From an uncultured Bacteriovoracaceae bacterium (lineage in GTDB: Bacteria > Bdellovibrionota > Bacteriovoracia > Bacteriovoracales > Bacteriovoracaceae), in the NCBI GenBank assembly GCA_964012805.1, contig CAXGUD010000007.1, positions 1 through 64,000 on the forward strand: a stretch of 64,000 nt of DNA, read 5' to 3'. Shown here one piece after another: positions 50,232-57,676 of this stretch. The notes under the pieces are model-generated. The model did not search any database. It saw nothing but the letters and a program-made list of their open reading frames with translations, and was not told the origin of the DNA. How positions within the stretch are numbered: the stretch's first letter is position 1; each line of letters starts with the position of its first letter. The translations under genes were made by a program, and so were the position numbers.

Positions 50232-50794
50232 AAGAACCTACCTTAGGGATGATAGAGCTAAAATCTGTAGCAAGAGGTATTGTTGTTACAGATGCTATAG
50301 CTAAAAAAGCACAGGTGAAAATATTAGAGGCCCACGCGGTCCAGCCAGGTAAATTTATTATTTTAATCTGTGGTGAAGTAGCAGATGTTGAAGAGTCCTT
50401 GAAAGAAGGTGTTGAGGTCGGCTCCGACTTTATTATTAATTACCTCTTCCTTCCTTACATACACAGAGACATAATTCCGGCTTTGAAGGGCAACCTTGAA
50501 AAAGAGAAAAAAGGTCCTTTGGGATCCGTTGGTATTTTGGAGTCTTTTTCTATGGTCTCTTGTGTAAGGGCCTTAGATATTGCTTTAAAAAATACACCCT
50601 TAAAGTTACTGGAAGTTCGACTTGCTAAAGATTTAGGGGGGAAAGCCTATTTCGTTTTAAGTGGTCTTCTACCTGATGTTCAGGACTCTTTAAAGCTAGC
50701 AAGTGATTCAGTGAAAGAAGAGGGAATGTTGACGAATGTCGAAATAATACCAAACCCTCATTCAGACCTTATTGAGAAAGGTCTCTATTGGTAG
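50228..50794 (+). CDS. BMC-T shell protein (PduT-like)
   Basis: Tandem BMC domains: LGMIELKSVARG, PGKF, LGGKAY. Confidence 0.92.
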   Translation: MKEPTLGMIELKSVARGIVVTDAIAKKAQVKILEAHAVQPGKFIILICGEVADVEESLKEGVEVGSDFIINYLFLPYIHRDIIPALKGNLEKEKKGPLGSVGILESFSMVSCVRALDIALKNTPLKLLEVRLAKDLGGKAYFVLSGLLPDVQDSLKLASDSVKEEGMLTNVEIIPNPHSDLIEKGLYW

Positions 50795-50803
50795 GAATTA
50801 AAT

Positions 50804-51109
50804 ATGAAGTTAGCAAAAGTGATCGGTACAGTTGTTTGTACGGTAAAAGATCCTTCTTTAGATGGTCAAAAGATCCTTCTCATTCAACCTTTGGATGATG
50901 ATCAAAAACCGGCCGGGAGACCAATCGCCTCAGTCGATACGGCCAAGGCCGGAGAAGGTGATTTGGTTTATTGGGTATTATCGAGAGAAGCTGCTTTTGC
51001 TCTTCCCAATTCATTTGCCCCTGTGGACTCTGCAATCGTGGGGATTGTTGATGATGTTCATAAAGAAGACGTAGGCATAACAAATAAAGAAGAAATTTTT
51101 AGAAATTAA
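50804..51109 (+). CDS. BMC-P vertex protein
   Basis: AKVIGTVVCTVK; DSAIVGIVD. Confidence 0.95.
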   Translation: MKLAKVIGTVVCTVKDPSLDGQKILLIQPLDDDQKPAGRPIASVDTAKAGEGDLVYWVLSREAAFALPNSFAPVDSAIVGIVDDVHKEDVGITNKEEIFRN

Positions 51110-51130
51110 AGTGAAAGGAAGGCCTAAAAG

Positions 51131-51406
51131 ATGATTTTAGCAAGAGTAATAGGAAATGTGGTTTCTACAGAAAAGCACCCTTGTTACAAAGGCCATAAGA
51201 TTATGATTGTCCAACCAGTCAATGCTCACGGTGAGGATAAAGGATATTCCTTTTTATCTTGTGATGCTACTCAAGCGGGACCAGGTGACCTTGTTTTAGT
51301 TCAGCAAGAAGGAAATACAGCAAGGCAATTGTTGGGAACAAAAAATGATCCATTCCATTCCGTCATCGTAGGGATTGTTGATGAGATTCATGTTCCAAAG
51401 GAATAG
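51131..51406 (+). CDS. BMC-P vertex protein
   Basis: ARVIGNVVSTEKH; AGPGD; IVGIVD. Confidence 0.95.
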   Translation: MILARVIGNVVSTEKHPCYKGHKIMIVQPVNAHGEDKGYSFLSCDATQAGPGDLVLVQQEGNTARQLLGTKNDPFHSVIVGIVDEIHVPKE

Positions 51407-51444
51407 TTTAAAAAGTATTAATTAAAAAAATTGAAAAGAATAAT

Positions 51445-52392
51445 ATGGGAGAAGGTCAAATGATAGAAAAAAACACGAACTTGGAAGACGTTGTGTCTCT
51501 CATTAGTAAGAAGGTTGCAGAGAGGCTTAATGGTCAAATGACAGGAACAAATCCCTCAACGACTCATAAAATTGAAAAGAAGACTGAGGAAAGCGCAAAT
51601 GATTACAATCAAGAGCTAGCTTCAATGATTGATCACACTTTTTTAAAGCCTGAGGCTTCTAAATGCCAACTAGAGAAATTATGCGAAGAAGCAAGAGCTT
51701 ATAAGTTTGCTACAGTTTGTGTTAATTCTTGTAATATTCCTTTGGTAACAGAGCTTTTAAGAGGTTCTTCTGTTAAGCCTATTGCTGTTGTTGGTTTTCC
51801 TCTTGGAGCAGCGACGACACAATCAAAGGTCTTTGAATCAAAGGAAGCCATCAATCAGGGTGCAAGAGAGATTGATATGGTTGTTAACCTTGGGGCCCTA
51901 AAAAGCAAGGACTACGGGACAGTTTTTGAAGATATCAAGCAAGTTGTTGAAGCATCGGCTCCTTATCCAGTTAAAGTCATACTAGAGACTTCGAGTCTTA
52001 ATGATGAAGAAAAAGTCGTTGCTTGTGCTCTTTCAAAAACAGCGGGAGCTGCTTTTGTTAAAACTTCAACTGGTTTTGGTGGCGGCGGAGCAACTGTTGA
52101 CGACATTAAATTAATGAGGCGTATTGTTGGCAATTCAATCGGTGTTAAAGCTTCGGGTGGAGTCAGGACAACTCAAGACGCCAAAAATATGGTTGAAGCT
52201 GGAGCTAACAGAATTGGTGCTTCTTCAAGTATCTCTATTGTTAAGTTATCCTCTGATACAAGTAGTACAAAAGGCGGAAGAAAAACCTATGGCAAAAGAT
52301 ATGAGAGAAAACCTTATGTAAGAAGAGGATCTCGAGTCGTAGGATCTTCAACGATAGCGAAACCTCAAACTGGAAAAAGTGGGGGCTATTAG
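51445..52392 (+). CDS. deoC: Deoxyribose-phosphate aldolase with N-terminal encapsulation peptide (start may be 51460)
   Basis: IDHTFLKP, GFPLG, EIDMV, KTSTGF and KASGG motifs; N-terminal helix LEDVVSLISKKVAERL. Confidence 0.95.
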   Translation: MGEGQMIEKNTNLEDVVSLISKKVAERLNGQMTGTNPSTTHKIEKKTEESANDYNQELASMIDHTFLKPEASKCQLEKLCEEARAYKFATVCVNSCNIPLVTELLRGSSVKPIAVVGFPLGAATTQSKVFESKEAINQGAREIDMVVNLGALKSKDYGTVFEDIKQVVEASAPYPVKVILETSSLNDEEKVVACALSKTAGAAFVKTSTGFGGGGATVDDIKLMRRIVGNSIGVKASGGVRTTQDAKNMVEAGANRIGASSSISIVKLSSDTSSTKGGRKTYGKRYERKPYVRRGSRVVGSSTIAKPQTGKSGGY

Positions 52393-52506
52393 AATAAGTT
52401 CCAAATCTTTCAAAGAAATTAAGACGGATATTAAGTATTCAATATTAAAAACTAAATAATTAAATAATTACATAATTAAAATTTTAAGACTATTAGGGAG
52501 TAAAGA

Positions 52507-53157
52507 ATGTCAAAAGCGAATTTTGAATTGAGAACGTTAAGTTTTATAGACAGCCTTCAACCACAATTGGCCCAATATATGGCAAAGGATAATAGAGTTT
52601 ATGATCCTGAGGAGTATGATTCGGCCCTTTTTATTGAAATTGCCCCCGCCATGGAAATTCATGAAATGATTGATATTGCCCTCAAGTCAACAAGCTGTCG
52701 TCTTGGAACAGTTGTGACTGAGAGAGTTTTCGGCCTTATGGAAGTTCACCACAAAGATCAAGGTGAAGTAAGAGAAGCAGGCCACGCGATTCTTGAAGCG
52801 ACAGGCCTCACTGAAGGTGACCGCGCTGAAGTCAAAGTCATGTGTAATAAAATTATTAGAAGTATTGAGCAAGACCACTCCATTATGTTTACAGGGCTTT
52901 CCAGAGGAAACATGGTTCTTGCTGGTGAATCAGTCTTTATTATGGAAGTAACTCCAGCTGCTTACCTTTCCGCTGCTTGTAACGAAGCTTTAAAAGCTGC
53001 TGACGTTAAGCTTATTGATGTTAAGCCTTATGGTGCTTCTGGAAGGCTTATTATGAGTGGTGAAGAATCACAAATTGATTCAGCTGCTGAAGCTGCCAAT
53101 AAGCTTATTGCTAACTTAAACCAAATGAAAGAAACAGGCGGAAATCAATTAGGCTAG
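52507..53157 (+). CDS. BMC-T(dp) stacked trimer shell protein (CcmP/CsoS1D-like)
   Basis: LRTLSFIDSLQPQLA, ERVFG and ACNEALKAA motifs. Confidence 0.9.
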   Translation: MSKANFELRTLSFIDSLQPQLAQYMAKDNRVYDPEEYDSALFIEIAPAMEIHEMIDIALKSTSCRLGTVVTERVFGLMEVHHKDQGEVREAGHAILEATGLTEGDRAEVKVMCNKIIRSIEQDHSIMFTGLSRGNMVLAGESVFIMEVTPAAYLSAACNEALKAADVKLIDVKPYGASGRLIMSGEESQIDSAAEAANKLIANLNQMKETGGNQLG

Positions 53158-53208
53158 AAAGGAAACCCTTTCACCGAGTCTTAAGTAAAGTTTATCAGGA
53201 ATAAAAAA

Positions 53209-53979
53209 ATGGGGAATCGGAGAGAATATATAATTAGAGGCATTGTTGATATTTGCAGTAAGCTTGATCAAAAAGGGTTTGTTGCAAATCATGATGGCAA
53301 CGTGACAGCTAAGTTTGAGGATGGTTTTCTCGCGACTCCTACAGCAGAGGCGAAAGCCGCTATTACTCCTGAGATGATTTTAGATCTTGATAAGGAAGGA
53401 AAAAAGACTGGTGGGATTGGGAAGCCTTTTAGTGAATTGAACCTCCACCTTGCTGCATATAATGAAAGGGAGGAAGCTCGGGCCGTTGTTCATGCTCACC
53501 CTCCCTTTGCAACAGCAAGAGGGCTTGTGGGAAAACCACTCGAAATTTCTCTTCCTGAAGCCGTTGTTTCCATTGGTCACATCATTCCCGTAGCTGATTA
53601 CTCCATGCCGGGTAGTGTTGCTAATGATCGAGTCGTGTGCGAAGCTTTAAGACAAAGTGATGTCTTCATGATTGCAGGCAATGGTGTTTTAAGTATTGGT
53701 AAAAACTTAGAAGAAGCCTATTTGAGAGTGGAACTTCTAGAACATGTGGCCAAGATTGATTTTTATGCTACTTCTATGGGACCAGTGATGACTTTGCCAG
53801 AAGCTGACCTTCAAAAGCTTTTAGAAAAAAGAGCAAAGCTTGGTTTAGGGCCTAAAGCTTCCAATCACGTTACGAAAAATATTTTGGAAAATTATGATCA
53901 AGAAAAAGATAATATTCAATTTGGTCAACTCCAGGATATTATTGCTAAGGAAGTAAACCGGTATCTTGAAAATTCTTAA
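53209..53979 (+). CDS. Class II aldolase with C-terminal encapsulation peptide
   Basis: DGNV, SELNLH and VVHAHPP motifs; C-terminal helix LQDIIAKEVNRYL. Confidence 0.9.
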   Translation: MGNRREYIIRGIVDICSKLDQKGFVANHDGNVTAKFEDGFLATPTAEAKAAITPEMILDLDKEGKKTGGIGKPFSELNLHLAAYNEREEARAVVHAHPPFATARGLVGKPLEISLPEAVVSIGHIIPVADYSMPGSVANDRVVCEALRQSDVFMIAGNGVLSIGKNLEEAYLRVELLEHVAKIDFYATSMGPVMTLPEADLQKLLEKRAKLGLGPKASNHVTKNILENYDQEKDNIQFGQLQDIIAKEVNRYLENS

Positions 53980-54008
53980 AACGACTTAGACCTATTGAGG
54001 AGTAACTT

Positions 54009-54770
54009 ATGAGAGTTCCTTTTATCGCAGGCAATTGGAAGATGAATATGACAATCGCTGAAGCGGTTGAACTAGTCAATGGCATTCAGATTGGATTGAA
54101 GTGGCCTGAAGAAGTGGACGTGGTGGTTGCTCCACCTTTTACTGCATTAAAAATGATTTCTGAGGTTTCAAAAGATAGTTATATAGCAGTTTCAGCCCAA
54201 AATATTCATCAAGAAGAAAATGGCGCCTATACCGGTGAAATAGCTGCTTCATTCGTGAAGGATGCGGGCGCAACTTATGCCATCATTGGTCACTCAGAGA
54301 GGCGTCAATACTTTGGTGAAACTGATGAGGTGGTTAATAAAAAAGTAAGAGTTGCTTTAAAGCATGAACTTAAGCCTATTGTTTGTGTTGGTGAAACATT
54401 AGAGCAGCGGGAAAAAGGTGATTTTTTCACAGTCATCGAAGAACAGCTTTCAAAAGGCTTAGAAGACCTGACAAAAGTTTTGGCCTCTGAGATCGTCATT
54501 GCTTACGAGCCAGTATGGGCCATTGGAACTGGGAAAGTGGCGACTCCAACTCAAGTTGAAGAAGTTCATGAGAAAATAAGAAATTTCCTTAAAAAGACTT
54601 TTTCTGATGAAGTGGGAGAGTCTGTTCGAATCCTCTATGGGGGAAGTGTAAAGCCTAGTAACAGCCAGGAAATTCTGGCCCTTCCAAATGTTGATGGAGC
54701 TCTTGTTGGGGGAGCGAGCTTGAAGGCGCCTGATTTTATAAATATAATAAAAAGCCTTCCGTCAAAGTAG
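54009..54770 (+). CDS. tpiA: Triosephosphate isomerase
   Basis: AGNWKMN, GHSERR, AYEPVWAIGTG and YGGSV motifs. Confidence 0.98.
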   Translation: MRVPFIAGNWKMNMTIAEAVELVNGIQIGLKWPEEVDVVVAPPFTALKMISEVSKDSYIAVSAQNIHQEENGAYTGEIAASFVKDAGATYAIIGHSERRQYFGETDEVVNKKVRVALKHELKPIVCVGETLEQREKGDFFTVIEEQLSKGLEDLTKVLASEIVIAYEPVWAIGTGKVATPTQVEEVHEKIRNFLKKTFSDEVGESVRILYGGSVKPSNSQEILALPNVDGALVGGASLKAPDFINIIKSLPSK

Positions 54771-54849
54771 TGATCTTTCTTTACAGTAGAGCTTTTTAAG
54801 GTAGAATTTTGCACACAAATCGTAATCTCTCTAACGGGAAGAGGTATCT

Positions 54850-55617
54850 ATGAAATTATTAGAAGGAAAGAAAGCGCTAATTCTAGGAATCGCAAATGAT
54901 AAGTCTATTGCTTGGGGCATTACCAAAGCTCTTAAGGAGCATGGTGCCCAAGTTGGTCTTTCATACCTTAATGAAAAGCTGAAAACTAGAGTTCAGCCAC
55001 TTGCTGACGAAGTAGGTGCCGACTTTACTTTTGAATTAGATGTCACAAATAATGATCATTATGACAATATGCGGAGAGAAGTTATTGAAAAATGGAAGAA
55101 TGTTGATATCGTGGTCCACTCGTTGGCCTTTGCAAACAGAGATGACTTAAGAAGAGACTTTTCTGAAACATCAAGAGAGGGCTTTGCTCTCGCTTGTGAC
55201 GTCTCAGCTTTTTCTCTCATTGGTGTTTCAAATGCCTTAAAAGACTTAATGAACCCAGGTTCATCGATTATCTCTATGACTTATCACGGAGCTCAGCAAG
55301 TTATTAGCGGTTACAATGTAATGGGTGTTGCTAAAGCTGCTCTTGAAGCATCTTCTCGCTACTTGGCTTCTGATTTAGGAAATAAAGGAATTAGAGTTAA
55401 CTGTATTTCAGCTGGCCCTATTAAAACCCTCGCTTCTTCAGCCGTAAAAAATATAAGCGGCTTTACAAAAGTTATTGAAGAGAAAGCACCTCTAAAAAGA
55501 AATGTGTCGCCAGAAGATATTGGTGGAGCTGCTGTTTACTTGTCCTCTCCTCTATCAACAAATGTAACTGGTCAAGTTATCTACGTAGATTCAGGAATTT
55601 CAATTATGGGGGCTTAA
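54850..55617 (+). CDS. fabI: Enoyl-ACP reductase
   Basis: SIAWGI, YNVMGVAKAALE and SAGPIKTLA motifs. Confidence 0.96.
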   Translation: MKLLEGKKALILGIANDKSIAWGITKALKEHGAQVGLSYLNEKLKTRVQPLADEVGADFTFELDVTNNDHYDNMRREVIEKWKNVDIVVHSLAFANRDDLRRDFSETSREGFALACDVSAFSLIGVSNALKDLMNPGSSIISMTYHGAQQVISGYNVMGVAKAALEASSRYLASDLGNKGIRVNCISAGPIKTLASSAVKNISGFTKVIEEKAPLKRNVSPEDIGGAAVYLSSPLSTNVTGQVIYVDSGISIMGA

Positions 55618-55654
55618 TGACTCCCATCTATTTCAAAGGCTGAAAACAAGTTTC

Positions 55655-57631
55655 TCAGTTTAAAATAGGTAATTCAATAAAGAAGGTTGTTCCTTGATTT
55701 ATTTTGGAGATCAAAGAAATTTTTCCACCAAGTCTTTCAACCTCTTCTTTAACTGCATCTAACCCAATACCTCTACCAGAGACGGTTGTAACTTCGTCTT
55801 TTGTAGAAAAGCCCGGGCTAAAAACCATTTTAATTATTTCTTCATCATTTAAGCTTTTTACTTCATCGCTAGATTGAATTTTTTTTTCAATAAGTTTACT
55901 TCTTATTATGTCTGGGTTTATTCCTCTCCCGTCATCCTTTATTGAGATAAAAATTGTTTCTTTAACTCTTTCTAAAGCAAATTTTACATTTCCATTTCGA
56001 GATTTGCCTTTTTCAATTCTCTCTTCTACTGTTTCTATTCCGTGATCGACCATGTTCCTAAAAATGTGAATTGAGGTATTTATAAAATTACTATATCTAT
56101 TTGTATTTACTTTAATCTCATCACCTGTAATTTCGAAATTGACAAACTTTCCTTGTTTTTCAGCCACTTCTTTAACAAGACTTTCATATCTTTTAAACTT
56201 TTCCTTTAAACTAACAAGTATATATTCTTGGTAAATAAATTCTTTAAGCTCTTCTACGGAATTGTTAGAACTGTTTAATTTTTCTAGCATGAGACTAGCT
56301 TGTATCGCATTACCTTCATCAGCAAGAAATTTACTGGCAGCCTCAATAATCAATTTATTTTCTTTAACAAAATTATTAAGAATTACGCGGAACTTATTTA
56401 TAAAAATGTCGATTTTTTTTAGATCCTTTTTAGAAATAGTTGTTTCTATTTTATTAATTATATTGGTAATTTTTTTTATTCCGTATTGTCCAAAACGGGC
56501 CTTGAGGGTATGAAATTTTCTAAAAATCTCATCAATATCCATTTCCTTAATTGTTGGGTAGGCTTCCAGAAGTTCATAGGTTTCATCAAGAAGTTCTAAA
56601 AATTCACTTGGGTTCTGAAGACAATTTTTTGTGAATATTGCTTTTTGTTTATCTAACTCTAGTTGATTTTCTAGTCTGATTTCTTTTGTTTTGTCTGTTG
56701 CAACGCAAATAATTTTATCAATTTCCCTTTTTGAATCTTTTACATAAATAGGCCTATATTCCAAGTCAATATAAGATCCATCATTGTTCTTGTAGAACTT
56801 TGGACCGAAACCTTTTAAATCTTTAAAAGATAAATGACCCTTCCAAACATTAATTAGCCAGCGTTCGTATATATCTAGGTTTTCTCCTTCTAAATTTATG
56901 ATATTATGAAATTTTTTACCAACAAGGTCTTCTTGAAAGAAACCTTTAGTAATTTCTGTAGCACCATCTTGAATAAATCCATTTTTATCTATTACCATGA
57001 AACCTTGACCGAGATTTTCCAAGAGACTTCTATTTTCCATTCTCTTTTTTTCAAGAATTTTTCTGTTAATATTAAAATTAGATTTTAGTTTTTTAACAAT
57101 TATAGATATAGGGTTTGTAAAAATAAGAAAGAAAAAACCCATTGAAAAGTAAAGATAATCTGACCACCCAAATTTATTTCCAATTAAAAAATAATAATTA
57201 ATAACATAAAAAAATACGTAAAAAAATTGAGAGAAAAACAGCCTTAATGGGCTAAAGCTCCCCAACATACTTCCATAGTAAATGCATAAACCTCCTAACC
57301 AAAAAAAAGTGTTAATGTGAGGCTCGTTGATACATAGGTTTACACATAATAATGAACCAAAGTTAACATTAAGATCTGCTAAAAATAAAAGAATACTTTT
57401 AAATTTCTTCTCACTCTTATAAATGAATGAAAAAAATAAATTTGTAAGGATTACAGATAAAGTTGTAAGAAATGCCCATAAAATATTGAGTTTTAATTCA
57501 GTAAATAATTTACTAAAAATTAATATAAATAAGAAAAGGAATCCCCAAAACCAAATCATGCCGATTAGAAAAAAACTTTTTTTCGAATCAACAATTGAAG
57601 ATTTTTTAACTTTTTTTGAAGTAGAAATCAT
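55655..57631 (-). CDS. Membrane-bound CheA-like histidine kinase (TM-PAS-like-Hpt-HATPase, no CheW domain)
   Basis: Several TM helices; FHTLKA; RNMVDHGIE; DDGRG; GFSTK..VSGRGIG. Confidence 0.85.
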   Translation of the reverse strand: MISTSKKVKKSSIVDSKKSFFLIGMIWFWGFLFLFILIFSKLFTELKLNILWAFLTTLSVILTNLFFSFIYKSEKKFKSILLFLADLNVNFGSLLCVNLCINEPHINTFFWLGGLCIYYGSMLGSFSPLRLFFSQFFYVFFYVINYYFLIGNKFGWSDYLYFSMGFFFLIFTNPISIIVKKLKSNFNINRKILEKKRMENRSLLENLGQGFMVIDKNGFIQDGATEITKGFFQEDLVGKKFHNIINLEGENLDIYERWLINVWKGHLSFKDLKGFGPKFYKNNDGSYIDLEYRPIYVKDSKREIDKIICVATDKTKEIRLENQLELDKQKAIFTKNCLQNPSEFLELLDETYELLEAYPTIKEMDIDEIFRKFHTLKARFGQYGIKKITNIINKIETTISKKDLKKIDIFINKFRVILNNFVKENKLIIEAASKFLADEGNAIQASLMLEKLNSSNNSVEELKEFIYQEYILVSLKEKFKRYESLVKEVAEKQGKFVNFEITGDEIKVNTNRYSNFINTSIHIFRNMVDHGIETVEERIEKGKSRNGNVKFALERVKETIFISIKDDGRGINPDIIRSKLIEKKIQSSDEVKSLNDEEIIKMVFSPGFSTKDEVTTVSGRGIGLDAVKEEVERLGGKISLISKINQGTTFFIELPILN

Positions 57632-57676
57632 TATTTCTTTCTTTAATTAATTTATATTCACGGATTATTTAAATCA

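Noticed and set aside
46492..54770. Carboxysome, Pdu or Eut microcompartment
   Set aside because: No RuBisCO, diol dehydratase, ethanolamine ammonia-lyase or glycyl-radical enzyme in the locus.
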